Below, piece by piece: positions 50,805 to 61,087 of a DNA stretch of 64,000 nucleotides. Where the stretch lies: positions 1,926 through 65,925 of the forward strand of contig CALRBR010000003.1 of assembly GCA_943354385.1 (NCBI GenBank). The letters run 5' to 3'. The stretch's first letter is position 1. Every line of letters starts with the position of its first letter. The notes under the pieces were generated by a model. It was not told the DNA's origin, searched no databases, and saw only the letters and a program-made list of their open reading frames with translations. The DNA is from Candidatus Tayloriibacteriota bacterium. Its GTDB lineage: Bacteria > Patescibacteriota > Minisyncoccia > Phycocordibacterales > PALSA-1337. Both the position numbers and the translations under genes were made by a program.

Positions 50805-50837
50805 ATTCTTTTTAAAAAATCCCCTTCCCCTTTCGGA

Positions 50838-50969
50838 GAAACAAAAATTCGTTGAAGGCGTATCTTTTAAAAGGACTTCGCAAGCGCGACGGCGCGAGAC
50901 TTAAGGAAAATTTCAGCAGAAATTTATTCGTGCCTTTTAAAAGACATGCCGATTAATAATTTTTGTTTC
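50838..50969. repeat. Long inverted-repeat element in the helicase 5' UTR
   Basis: GAAACAAAAATT/AATTTTTGTTTC and TCTTTTAAAAGG/CCTTTTAAAAGA arms enclosing an AGCA-loop hairpin. Confidence 0.65.
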
Positions 50970-51109
50970 GAGATCAATATAACCCTCTAGTCTTTATAAT
51001 AAAGATAGTGACTAGGTTGTCTCGAAAGTTCTTAAAAAGCCTTACGACTTCTGGGGTTTAGAGAGTTATCCCCAAACACAAAAACCAATGAGATTCAGTT
51101 ACATTTACT

Positions 51110-51138
51110 ATTATACACCCATTCGTATTTTTTGTCAA
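51110..51138 (-). promoter_or_regulatory. Sigma70 promoter; gives an ~300-nt 5' UTR for the DEAD-box helicase
   Basis: TTGACA-N17-TATAAT. Confidence 0.8.
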
Positions 51139-51161
51139 CCTTTTAGTCGCTTACTCCTAAA

Positions 51162-51665
51162 CTACAGCCCACTGCCTAGCAAAACAAGGAGTACCGCATA
51201 GAATATATTGAACCAGAAAAAACGGGTACTGTTTGCAATTTTGATTAGCCAAACAAAGGGAAATGCGAGGTAGTGCAAAAAAGAGCCTCCCTGCCCCAAG
51301 GCCGATCGACTGGCTCCGGAAATATGTCGCATGTCATGATTGCTCGGAAAAGATTGAAAGCCGATAGAAAAAGCAATCCAGAGCAAGACAAGCTGACTCC
51401 ACTCCGGGACAAACCAGTGGAAAGCGATGAAACTTACAAGAACGGTAAAAATAGAACTTAAAATAAGTGGCCCGATTGATATCCAAAAAATTTGCCGATA
51501 GGTGCTGGGTGCTTCGTGAAGTACAAACCCCGCAGGATTACCAAATTTAAAATAAACCACTTTCTGTACCCGCACACCGAGCCAATCACAAAACTTTTTA
51601 TGCGACATCTCGTGCATAATCACACCAGGAAAGGTGAGTAGAAAAATAAGCCACATCGGTATCAT
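51162..51665 (-). CDS. Membrane zinc metalloprotease-like protein (DUF3267/M50-like)
   Basis: PGVIMHEMSH, SIGP, FPSNHD. Confidence 0.8.
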   Translation of the reverse strand: MIPMWLIFLLTFPGVIMHEMSHKKFCDWLGVRVQKVVYFKFGNPAGFVLHEAPSTYRQIFWISIGPLILSSIFTVLVSFIAFHWFVPEWSQLVLLWIAFSIGFQSFPSNHDMRHISGASRSALGQGGSFLHYLAFPFVWLIKIANSTRFFWFNIFYAVLLVLLGSGL

Positions 51666-51690
51666 CGTAGTTGAGTATAATAATTATATA

Positions 51691-53403
51691 TCATGAAATC
51701 TTTTTATCCCCTGTTGCCCTCTCTGCCATCATATATAGTCGCACGAGACGGAGGTCTTCAAAAGGTACTTTACTGTTCAACTTTTCAAAAACAGGCGTCA
51801 AAATTTCGGTTTTTAATTCGATGAAAGCTGCACTGATTTTTGGAATCTGAGGGACGAGCTCTTTTGGAATGATATTTTTGATGACTGCAATATCCAGATC
51901 CCCTCGCATAAAAAGAGTCTCGAGATGGCCGATGATAGTGCCTTTTGTTACATCACGCTGTTTTGCAATCTCCTCTACACTCTTGCCGTCCTTGCATAGC
52001 GAAAGGGTTTGATCATAAGTGCTGACTTTTGCCACGCTGATTTTTCCTGATTTACTTTTTTTCTTTTTGACTTTGCTCGGATCGACGCTACCACCACAGG
52101 CGTGAATAAAATTGTGTTCGAGCTTCATCTGTTCTGCTTCAACTATTTTATCAAGTGAATTTTCGGCTTTGAGAGATGCTTCCTTGAACTGACTATCGAC
52201 AGAGGCGACCTCGGGATGCACTTCGAGCGCTCGAGCATTGTAGCCGAGAAGAGAGAGTCCGGAAAAAGACCTTACTCGAGAAAGCGCCACATACCCCTGA
52301 CCGTATTCAAAAGCCTCTCTCAGATCTATGGTCGCCTCATCGAGTGTCATACCCTGGCTTTTGTGTACCGTGATCGCCCACGCTAGCCGTAGTGGTATCT
52401 GGGAAATAGTCGCGAGTACCCGCGTCCCATCAGACATAGTCCAGTCTTGGGGTACAACCTGGATACGCTTGCCTTTTTTCGTCCGTACTACCGGATCACC
52501 ATCGGCAGTAAAACTTTCTACTTCTCCCAGCGTCCCATTGACATACCCAGATTCAAATACATTTTTAGTAAACATAACCTGCGCGCCCACCTTGAGAGAA
52601 AGTGATTCTGGAGACAGACAACTTTTTTTCAGTGACTCGATAGAATATTCTCCTCCACGAGCAGACATAGAAAAAGTCCGGCCGGTATGAGTGAGGGCAT
52701 TTAGCTTTTCAATATTTACTCGGTCTACATTTACATTATGTGCATACAGTCTAGTTGCATTTCCATGTTCCGTTTTATTAGTGATGCGTGCTTGCAAAAT
52801 CTCGTGAATATCCTCGGTGATTTCCCCACTGCGTATAGCTGAAAGAAATTTTAAAAAGCTTGCGTCTTCGGTACGATGTTGCTCAGAAAGATAGCACACG
52901 ATAGGCTCAGCTTCCTGCCACACTGGGGCTAGATAGGCAAAAAGGGATATTTCCTGCCCAGCCCTGTTTACCGGTGGAAGTTGGAAAAAATCCCCCACAA
53001 ACACCGTCTGCATGCCTCCAAAAGGCTCATCACGACGTCTGAGTGCCTTACACGCCATATCAACGGCTGTCAGGGTCTGCGAGTCTAGCATCGAAATTTC
53101 GTCGATGATGAGTACTTTGGTTTTTGATACCCTTGAGACCAGTCGCTCGCGCTGGCAGAGCTCATCGAGGTCATTTTCAGATAAAAACTTCTTAATACCG
53201 ATACCACTCCAGGCGTGTATCGTCATCCCTCCGATATGTGTGGAGGCTATACCAGTCGAAGCGGTGATAGCTGGCTCGATACCGTGAGCCCGCAGATATT
53301 TTACATACTCATTGATCGTGTGTGTTTTGCCTGACCCTGGCTCCCCTGTCAGAAAAACATTTGCACCAATTTTTAAAAACGCCAGTGCCTCTTTTTGAGT
53401 CAT
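51691..53403 (-). CDS. PIF1-family helicase with C-terminal HTH
   Basis: TGEPGSGKT, IIDEISM, GDFFQLPPV, AITVHKSQG, YVALSR. Confidence 0.94.
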   Translation of the reverse strand: MTQKEALAFLKIGANVFLTGEPGSGKTHTINEYVKYLRAHGIEPAITASTGIASTHIGGMTIHAWSGIGIKKFLSENDLDELCQRERLVSRVSKTKVLIIDEISMLDSQTLTAVDMACKALRRRDEPFGGMQTVFVGDFFQLPPVNRAGQEISLFAYLAPVWQEAEPIVCYLSEQHRTEDASFLKFLSAIRSGEITEDIHEILQARITNKTEHGNATRLYAHNVNVDRVNIEKLNALTHTGRTFSMSARGGEYSIESLKKSCLSPESLSLKVGAQVMFTKNVFESGYVNGTLGEVESFTADGDPVVRTKKGKRIQVVPQDWTMSDGTRVLATISQIPLRLAWAITVHKSQGMTLDEATIDLREAFEYGQGYVALSRVRSFSGLSLLGYNARALEVHPEVASVDSQFKEASLKAENSLDKIVEAEQMKLEHNFIHACGGSVDPSKVKKKKSKSGKISVAKVSTYDQTLSLCKDGKSVEEIAKQRDVTKGTIIGHLETLFMRGDLDIAVIKNIIPKELVPQIPKISAAFIELKTEILTPVFEKLNSKVPFEDLRLVRLYMMAERATGDKKIS

Positions 53404-53710
53404 GGGTTTATTGTAGCATTAAAAACTAACTGTGGTCACACCAAGTAGCACTAAAATAATCGGCGACAGACAGCAAAGTTATGCGAAGAGTACTGGTATC
53501 TAGCTAATTTTTAAAATTTCCTTTATATTAGTCATTTTACTAATATCATACCACAAAAGAAAGAGACTAAGTTTAGAAAATAAGCAAAGCTTTTTCAACT
53601 TCGACTCGAACGCTGTAAACAAGAGTACTCGCGCAAGCGCCGTCGATAGGTGCACATTATCAAACGATGAGCCTTCTCGCTCGTTGAAATAAAAAATCAC
53701 ATTTTAGTGA

Positions 53711-54046
53711 TTAACCAAGATTCATTCTCACTACCAGACGCTCAGGATAAATAGCCCACCCAGTCAAGCTACCAAATCTGGATGTGACAAACTCCGTTAC
53801 CTCGGATATGTCTAGGCCGAGAGCGTGCGTGCTCAGCGTCAGCAGGTTTTGATCAACATCGCAGCGAACTACCGAGAAGTCCCAACGGGTGATACTGATC
53901 AAACCGAGTGTCGCCTTTCTAAGGGCTTCCGGGTTATTGACGTCTATTTCAAGCTCCCCCTTGAATTCAGCGATTGGGAGATTATCTCCATTTGTTTGAC
54001 TAAATTTTACGGGAACAAAAACCTGGGCAATTACATTCAATTTCAT
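53711..54046 (-). CDS. Hypothetical protein
   Basis: ORF with AGAAAGG RBS; no recognisable motif. Confidence 0.55.
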   Translation of the reverse strand: MKLNVIAQVFVPVKFSQTNGDNLPIAEFKGELEIDVNNPEALRKATLGLISITRWDFSVVRCDVDQNLLTLSTHALGLDISEVTEFVTSRFGSLTGWAIYPERLVVRMNLG

Positions 54047-54100
54047 AATGAGCCTTTCTCCAAAACCATTGTGCAATCTACCACAATCATTCTAAAATGT

Positions 54101-55561
54101 CTACTTCTCCAAATCCAATGTCTCATCTATCCTTATCTGTGCCACAAACTCTGGGACATGGGAGACGAGAATCATCGCGCCCTTGTATTCAGAGAGAGCC
54201 TTTGCAATCAGAGGAAGGTGGCGAAAGTTAATATGGTTGGTCGGCTCGTCAAGAATAAGGAAACCTGGTTTCTCGAGGACTAGGCGAGCAAAAGCTACCA
54301 AACCTTTTTGCCCTTCAGAAAGACTTCCTATTTTTGTGTCGATCACATCTGAGGTAATGAGAAATCCTGATGCGACGGCACGCACTCGTTCCTGATCAAA
54401 TCCCCCAGCCGCGGTCATCAGTGACTTGAGTACTGTCTCATCAAAATTAAGTGTTGAAAAATCTTGTCTATAGTAGCCCACCTTCACTCCGTCAGTTATT
54501 TTAGTACCTGGAGCCGTACCTCGTGCCATAGCCTCAAGCAAAGTACTTTTACCGATACCGTTTGGACCACGCAAAAGTAAATGTTGTCCTCGTTTAAGAG
54601 AAATGTGGGATTTCCGGGCTACCGGCTTATGATTTTTACTTATTACAGTATATGAGGAAATGTTGACCAGCTCGCCGAGCATATCTTGGTGTGGAATTTC
54701 AAAAGGTCTGATAGTGCGATCCTCTTTGCGTACATCCACTTTTTCATCCTCAAGCTCTTCAGCTTTTTCTCGCATTCTTTTTGCCACCAAACGCATTTGG
54801 CCTCCCTTTTGAGCAAAAAAGTTGGCTTTGTCTTTGTTGTCTTGAATCTCTTTTGCGAGCTGGGCGTTTTTACGATTTTCTTTTTCAATACGAGCAGAAA
54901 TTTCTTTTACTACATCAAAATAATTACCGTGATACTGCTCGACTTTGCGAGTATGAATATCGAGATAAAGCACACCATCAGTAAACGCATTAAGAAAGTC
55001 TGCGTCATGAGAAATCACCACCACCGTCTTTTTATAGCCAGTTAAAAATTGTGTGAGGTGCTCGATACCGGCTTTGTCGAGGTTGTTGGTCGGCTCATCG
55101 AGAAGGAGGAGGTCTGGGTCTTGGATCAGGGCGGAAGCAAGGAGGAGACGTGCTTGCTGACCGCCTGAAAAGCTTTTAACGATTCGCTCGTGCATTTTGG
55201 CATGACCTTTGAGATTGACCACTTCCAGTACAGCATCAATACGAGGATCAATATCATACACTTTCTCAGTAAAACATTTTTCGAAAAATGCTCGGACAGT
55301 AAGTTCTAGGTCTGGCCGAGGAATGACCTGACGAGAGAGTGCTATCGTTACACCGTTCGTAAGATTTACTTTTCCTGATTCTGGCTTCAGCGCTTTAGTG
55401 ATGAGCTGAAAGATGGTGCTTTTGCCGGCACCGTTCTGACCCATAAATGTAATCTTTGTGCCACGACGAATGACAAAATTAGCCTCATCTAAAATAGGCT
55501 TGTTTTGTCCATAATCAAAGGATGTTTTTTCAAACGAAACGATGCTATCGGTTTTTGCCAT
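54101..55561 (-). CDS. ABC-F family ATPase
   Basis: Two ABC domains (GQNGAGKS, GPNGIGKS; LDEPTN twice), no TM. Confidence 0.93.
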   Translation of the reverse strand: MAKTDSIVSFEKTSFDYGQNKPILDEANFVIRRGTKITFMGQNGAGKSTIFQLITKALKPESGKVNLTNGVTIALSRQVIPRPDLELTVRAFFEKCFTEKVYDIDPRIDAVLEVVNLKGHAKMHERIVKSFSGGQQARLLLASALIQDPDLLLLDEPTNNLDKAGIEHLTQFLTGYKKTVVVISHDADFLNAFTDGVLYLDIHTRKVEQYHGNYFDVVKEISARIEKENRKNAQLAKEIQDNKDKANFFAQKGGQMRLVAKRMREKAEELEDEKVDVRKEDRTIRPFEIPHQDMLGELVNISSYTVISKNHKPVARKSHISLKRGQHLLLRGPNGIGKSTLLEAMARGTAPGTKITDGVKVGYYRQDFSTLNFDETVLKSLMTAAGGFDQERVRAVASGFLITSDVIDTKIGSLSEGQKGLVAFARLVLEKPGFLILDEPTNHINFRHLPLIAKALSEYKGAMILVSHVPEFVAQIRIDETLDLEK

Positions 55562-55711
55562 GAGGTAGTACTGTAACACGAGAATCGGAACGAATCAAGA
55601 TTTACTATTCACGATTTATGAATGGGAATGAAAACAAACGACTTATACAAATTAAAATAGCGCGACCTTTCGGTCGCGCTATTTTAATTTGTATTCGTAC
55701 TTACGTACTAT

Positions 55712-55915
55712 TTACGCAACTACTGATACGTTGATCGCTGAAGGGCCTTTTGGTCCGTCACCGATTTCAAATGCAACTTTCATACCCTCTTTTAGAGCGT
55801 CGAAAGCAACACCTTTAAGATCCTTTGAATGGAAGAAAAGGTCCTTTGCTTCGCCTTCGCGTGCAATGAATCCAAATCCTCGATCTGTAAGAGTCTTGAT
55901 TGTTCCTGACATCAT
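55712..55915 (-). CDS. Cold-shock domain protein
   Basis: RGFGFI, DLFFHS, GPKGPSAINV; downstream terminator 55649-55690. Confidence 0.95.
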   Translation of the reverse strand: MMSGTIKTLTDRGFGFIAREGEAKDLFFHSKDLKGVAFDALKEGMKVAFEIGDGPKGPSAINVSVVA

Positions 55916-56152
55916 GTGAATATTCTATTAGTTATACTAAGAAACTCGACTGCGTTTCTGTGCCTCTAGGCACCTATATATCAAGTATATACTATAAGTA
56001 TTATTTTGTCAAGCTTTTTGTATAAGATTTTCAATATTCACTTACAGGAATAGTAAGTACTGACAATATCAGAATGGCCCTACAGAGAATATATAAAACA
56101 AAAAGCCCGCACCCTCTGGCGCGCGCTTTTTTTGTTTGACTACTTTTAAAAA

Positions 56153-56410
56153 TTATGAGAGGTGCTTTGAAATATGTCCCGCCATCTTCATCATGTGCAC
56201 TGTCTTTTCCCCACCAAAAACCTTTTTTAACTTTTCATCATTGTTAATCATGCGCTTATCTTTTGGATCCTGAAGATTATTACCCTTGATGTAAACCCAG
56301 AGAGCTTTGACAACTTCTGATCGAGCCATTGGGCCCTTGCCAACAACAGCGGCTAGGTCAGCGCTCACAGTCAGCGGCTTCATAAATGCAGATGTAGCTT
56401 TTGGTGCCAT
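56153..56410 (-). CDS. Stand-alone SWIB/MDM2 domain protein
   Basis: LAAVVG..RSEVVKALWVYIK..NLQDPKDKR.I..DEKLKKVF. Confidence 0.92.
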   Translation of the reverse strand: MAPKATSAFMKPLTVSADLAAVVGKGPMARSEVVKALWVYIKGNNLQDPKDKRMINNDEKLKKVFGGEKTVHMMKMAGHISKHLS

Positions 56411-56473
56411 ATATGTTTAATTATTTAATAACAAATCAATTGTATCACAGTGCAGGCGACTTGGGAAGCAGGG

Positions 56474-57214
56474 CTACTTTTTTATAAAACCCTCAAGGGC
56501 TTTCAGAGCCTCTACCGGTACCATGTACACTACGGTATTGCTTTGATCAGAAGACATGTCATTTATCGACTGGAGTGTTCTCAAATGAAGCGCTCCGGGT
56601 GTTTTTGCAAGCATTTCTGCCGCTTTTGCGATATTTTCTGATGCCGCAAGCTCCCCCTCGGAATTGATAATAACCGCTCGCTTTTCTCGTTCCGCTTCTG
56701 CTTGCTTACCGATAGTACGCTCCATATCTGCTGGCAAACTCACATCTTTCAATTCAACATTTTGAACTTTTAAACCCCAGGCATCAGTTTCCTTGTCGAC
56801 AATCTCCCTTATTCTATCCGCAATCTTATCTCGACTTGAAAGTAGCTCGTCGAGCGTGACCTCCCCTACAATATTTCGCATTGTTGTCTGTGCATATTGA
56901 GAAATCGCGTATTTAAAGTCTTCTACTTCAACTATCGCTTTGTTTGCATCACTTACTTTATAATAAATAACTGCATTTACTTTTACAGTCACATTATCTC
57001 GTGTGATGGCATTTTGATCTGGCACGTCAACTGCCTTTGTACGTATGTCCACCTTTTGGTACCCCTGAACTACAGGTAAAACAAGTCTCCAGCCAGGTTC
57101 CATAATCGAAGTAAACCTACCAAAGGTAAATTTTACCCCTCTTTCATATTGATTGATTTGGCGGATACTGATTAGTATTAAAAACAGAACAATAGCTAAA
57201 ATTGTATACAACAT
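56474..57214 (-). CDS. SPFH/stomatin (slipin) family protein
   Basis: YERGV.F..GR, ITRDNV, QAEAEREKRA, LRTLQS. Confidence 0.94.
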   Translation of the reverse strand: MLYTILAIVLFLILISIRQINQYERGVKFTFGRFTSIMEPGWRLVLPVVQGYQKVDIRTKAVDVPDQNAITRDNVTVKVNAVIYYKVSDANKAIVEVEDFKYAISQYAQTTMRNIVGEVTLDELLSSRDKIADRIREIVDKETDAWGLKVQNVELKDVSLPADMERTIGKQAEAEREKRAVIINSEGELAASENIAKAAEMLAKTPGALHLRTLQSINDMSSDQSNTVVYMVPVEALKALEGFIKK

Positions 57215-57272
57215 AATATGGTGTTAATAATTAAATCTGCTTAGTGTGAATACTAGCACAAGTTATTACAAA

Positions 57273-57533
57273 TTAGAATTCTTCTTTTTTCTGACTCATC
57301 AGACTTATTTTTCTCTCTCTCGACCAGCTTTGTAACTCCATTTCCCTCTTTCGTGCCTCAGAAAACGTTTTGTAGGTTTCAAAATACTTGAGTACGACAG
57401 GTCGGCGGATTTTAGTATAATGTGCGCCTGTTTTAGAGTTGTTGTGTTGATGTACCCGCTTTTCCAAATCATTTGTAAAGCCTGTATAAAAAGTCTTGTC
57501 ATTGCACTCGAGAATGTAGGTGTAGTAAAGCAT
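57273..57533 (-). CDS. Small GIY-YIG nuclease (YazA/UPF0213-like)
   Basis: YYTYILEC.D.TFYTG.T.DLEKRV.QHN, GAHYT, ARKRE. Confidence 0.92.
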   Translation of the reverse strand: MLYYTYILECNDKTFYTGFTNDLEKRVHQHNNSKTGAHYTKIRRPVVLKYFETYKTFSEARKREMELQSWSRERKISLMSQKKEEF

Positions 57534-58156
57534 TATTTTTTTGTGACTATGAATTTGATTTTCTCGACAAGCTCAGGAAAAATCTCCTGATTGAAATGCT
57601 GGCGATTCTCAATTAAAATAGCTTCTGCCTCTGGAAGAGCTTTTTGATATTTATAAAAATTAGACACAGGAACAACCGAGTCGTCTGAGCTGTGGTAAAT
57701 ATAAATGTTTTGAATTTGTTCTGATAGTTTATTCAAATTGGTAGGTAAAATAAAGTCAACCAACGAATCTTCAAAGTCTGCATCATCATACGGAGCCGAG
57801 ATCATAAAAACTGCTTTGATCTTCTTTGAAACAGTTTCCTCAGACAAATATTTTGCCAGGAAAATACCACCCAGAGAATGTCCGATCAAAATACATCCTT
57901 CCTCGAGAAAAGGTGCTATTTTATCAAACCAAATTTTCCATTCGAGGTATTTGGCATTCTTTTTGTTGGGCATTTGCGGAAGTATCACCTGGAAGTTATT
58001 ACCCAGCTTGTCTGCGAGACCTGTTTTCCAGTCTTCTTGCATCAGTCGTGTAAAGTCCAGTTTTTTCGCCTGCAAATTTTCCAGATATTCTTCATAAGTA
58101 TCAAATGTCTCCCCTCCGTGTAGTACAATAACTTGAGTTTTCATAAGATATTTCAA
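57533..58156 (-). CDS. Alpha/beta hydrolase (RBBP9/YdeN-like)
   Basis: VLHGG, GHSLGG, HSSDDSVV, HF; start may be 58144. Confidence 0.9.
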   Translation of the reverse strand: MKYLMKTQVIVLHGGETFDTYEEYLENLQAKKLDFTRLMQEDWKTGLADKLGNNFQVILPQMPNKKNAKYLEWKIWFDKIAPFLEEGCILIGHSLGGIFLAKYLSEETVSKKIKAVFMISAPYDDADFEDSLVDFILPTNLNKLSEQIQNIYIYHSSDDSVVPVSNFYKYQKALPEAEAILIENRQHFNQEIFPELVEKIKFIVTKK

Positions 58157-58241
58157 GAATACAATATCTCTGGGTATTTAACAACAGTTTTTATAAGGAA
58201 ATGGTCGCTGACTGAGCAATCTTGTTGATATAAAAAATCGC

Positions 58242-58570
58242 CTGCGGGACTTGGACCATGAGTACATTTATCTCCCGCGACTAAATTTTGCTACCCGCAG
58301 AATTTGTCTGGACACCGCCTAACATTTTTATTTACTAATAAAAAAGGGCTCCGGAGTTCGATTCCAAGCGAAGGTAGTACCCACCACTTTCTTCCCGCAT
58401 AAAAATACCTTTGGTATTTTGGCTGCGGGACTTGGACGCTTCGCTATCTCACTCGCCCTCCGTGTGTCGGGCTCTTTAGAAACCCACGGTTTCTAACACT
58501 CGAGTACTCGTTGTTTTCCTCCACGGGGAACTCCCGTTCCCCGACCACTCCCCGTTCGATTCCAAGTCCC
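58242..58570. repeat. Two tandem units bounded by tRNA-3'-end-like fragments
   Basis: CTGCGGGACTTGGAC at 58242 and 58423; GTTCGATTCCAAG at 58356 and 58554. Confidence 0.7.
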
Positions 58571-58801
58571 TCCGTAAAACGGCGCTTTGCGCGTTTGGCT
58601 GTGTCTCCTGAACAAAATCCGAACTTTTTACCAACAAAATCCCGATGTGGAATGAATCGTTCCGCCACTGCCTCGCTTCACTCGGCAACACCAAAGAAAA
58701 ATGTTCCTTGCTTTCCTGATTTGGCGGTGGTGAAATTTTTCTTGAAAAAGGAAAGGACATTTTTCTTCGGTGTTCTGCCCTCAAGGTCTCGGGCAGGTGG
58801 C

Positions 58802-58967
58802 GGAACAATGTGGACGAAGTTTTGGCAAAACTATTTTTTGGGGAAAGGATTTGCCAAAACTTCGGCTCATTTGTTTTTGAATTCGGATGTCGCAAATGGA
58901 AAAAGAGGGGTTTGGGGAGGAATTTTCCATTTGCTCCTCTTTTTGTTTTGGCGAAATTCGGGGCGGA
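58802..58967 (+). repeat. Left inverted repeat of the RM cassette (166 bp matched)
   Basis: Reverse complement of 63835-64000 with 3 mismatches. Confidence 0.95.
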
Positions 58968-58995
58968 CAAAAAACAGAAAAATCAAATCCAATTT

Positions 58996-61038
58996 TCATT
59001 CTTTCACTATTTTTATAGAAAATTGTATATTTTCGGCTTGATAATTCAAACGTTCACATATTTTTGCTAAAAATGCGATTATTCCATTAGCACTCATATT
59101 ACCCTCTACGACTTCATTCGTGCGAAATTCTAGTGAGTGTCTAAGCGGTTTGTCTTTATTAAAATACCATTTGAATTCTGAACTATTCTGAATTTCAGTA
59201 AATTGTGTCGGAGAATATTCGTATAAGAAATTGCAAGTTTTAGTTAGTAAATCTCTCCAATTTTTTAATTCAATTCCTTTTTCATCTTCTTCAAAATATA
59301 AATGAGAGGGCTTGCTTCGACTAAAACTATCTTCACTGGTTAAATCAAATAACTGTTCTTCTGGAATTGGTTTTGAATATGTTGTTTTTGGGTATGGCCA
59401 AATGTCTTTAGCATTTTTGACTAGATCTTTTGCTCTTTCCACTATTTTTTCTTCATTCCAAATTGTTAAACCCTCAAGTTTATAATTTAATTTTAGTCTA
59501 CTAACTTGAAAATCAATCTGTTGCTTATCTTCAAAAGAACTGTTTGATAATTCAGTATTTTTTGCAGTTAAACTTAAATTTCCAAGAGTGTGTAGATATT
59601 TATTATGTATTTCTTGCCAATTTTCTCCTAGTTTATTTTTCCAATCCTTTGTTAAAGTTTGAGGCATTATATGTTCAACAGTTAATTCATCTAAACTGAC
59701 GGGATAAGCGGAGTGGAAATTTTCTAAAGATTCTAACAAGAAATTTCTATTTTTTGATTGAAGTCTATATATCTCTTTATTTATAAGTGCACTTTCAAAT
59801 TCTTCATTGTTTGGAAATCTCTGAGAGACTCTTTTTTCAAGTAGAATATAACTCAAAATATTAATATATTGCTCTTTCCACGACTCTTCTTTTTTAATAT
59901 CTCTAGCTAGGGAAATAAATAACTTATTCAATCCTTGCGTAGTATTGTCTACTAAAATCTTTCTAAAAGCATAACTTTCTATGATAAGAAGGATATCTTT
60001 TGTAGTTTCTTCCGTTATATTTTTAGAATCTAGCTCATTAAAAACATCCAACAAGTACGGATAACAAACTGTGAACTCTATTTTATTTATTTTTAACAGT
60101 TCTTTATTGATGGCACTATTGGGATGATTTTGAATTTGTGTTAACCAGCTATAAATTCCAGCAAAATATAATAAGTCTTTCAAGACACCTTCCTTGTTTT
60201 TATAGAAGTTATCTGTTGATAATTTTTTAAAAACAGAGTAAACATCATCTTTTTTAACCCAAATCCTTAGTTTAAAAATTAAATAATTTCTTACAAATTC
60301 CGCTATATCACCAGTTGATTTTTCAATTTCAACCCAGTATTTCTTATACATTTGCTCTTGTTGGAGCGGTTCTAAATCCATTAGGATATAATTGCGTATC
60401 AAATCACCAGCGGTAAGATCTACTCCAGTAGAATTTAAGCTTTCAAAAATCAATTGGGGATCGTCTTGCCCCCTCACCAAATCTATTAAAACTATTTTTA
60501 ATCTTCTAAATGCCTCGAATAGTTGTTGAGGAGTTAATGCTTCAGATGAAATTTTATCAAAAAAGAAATTATAGTTAGTAACTATATTAGAATTAGCATT
60601 TAAGTTATTGGAATTTTCAAACAGATTTTCAAAATTCTCCTTATCTTGTTTGTTTGGCTTTAATCTAATTCTTTTATCTTTTTCGGGAGAATATTTATTA
60701 ACAAGAAAATCTAATAACTGCTCTATTAAAATATTTTCTTCATTATTTTTTGTTTCTTTTGTCTTTAAAAACTTGTGTAAGGCGATCAACATGATCGAAA
60801 CCGTTGTTAGTCTTTGTTGCCCATCAATTATGGTATATTCCTCAAATCCGCTACCAATTGTAACAAGAGTACCCAAAAAATGATCACTCCTAGTATTGTT
60901 ATTCAGGTCTACTAAATCATCCCATAGCTTCTGACAATTTATTCTTGTCCAAGCATAATCTCTTTGGTATACAGGTATAGCAAAACTTTTCCCTGTGCCT
61001 TCTAAGAATTGATAAATTGGTAATTGTTGAACTTGCAT
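58996..61038 (-). CDS. DUF262 + DUF1524 (GmrSD-like) restriction protein
   Basis: IPVYQRDYAW, IIDGQQRLTT, IFESLNSTG, VEHIMPQ, LGNLSL..N HNH. Confidence 0.92.
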   Translation of the reverse strand: MQVQQLPIYQFLEGTGKSFAIPVYQRDYAWTRINCQKLWDDLVDLNNNTRSDHFLGTLVTIGSGFEEYTIIDGQQRLTTVSIMLIALHKFLKTKETKNNEENILIEQLLDFLVNKYSPEKDKRIRLKPNKQDKENFENLFENSNNLNANSNIVTNYNFFFDKISSEALTPQQLFEAFRRLKIVLIDLVRGQDDPQLIFESLNSTGVDLTAGDLIRNYILMDLEPLQQEQMYKKYWVEIEKSTGDIAEFVRNYLIFKLRIWVKKDDVYSVFKKLSTDNFYKNKEGVLKDLLYFAGIYSWLTQIQNHPNSAINKELLKINKIEFTVCYPYLLDVFNELDSKNITEETTKDILLIIESYAFRKILVDNTTQGLNKLFISLARDIKKEESWKEQYINILSYILLEKRVSQRFPNNEEFESALINKEIYRLQSKNRNFLLESLENFHSAYPVSLDELTVEHIMPQTLTKDWKNKLGENWQEIHNKYLHTLGNLSLTAKNTELSNSSFEDKQQIDFQVSRLKLNYKLEGLTIWNEEKIVERAKDLVKNAKDIWPYPKTTYSKPIPEEQLFDLTSEDSFSRSKPSHLYFEEDEKGIELKNWRDLLTKTCNFLYEYSPTQFTEIQNSSEFKWYFNKDKPLRHSLEFRTNEVVEGNMSANGIIAFLAKICERLNYQAENIQFSIKIVKE

Positions 61039-61087
61039 AATAACTACATATTAGCATTTTTAGCCCTTAATATCAACGATTCTTAAT

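Noticed and set aside
58444-59070. ORFs 58444..58668, 58476..58970, 58511..59041, 58810..59070, 63765..63980 and 44046..44402
   Set aside because: They overlap palindromic non-coding repeats in several frames and have no protein motifs
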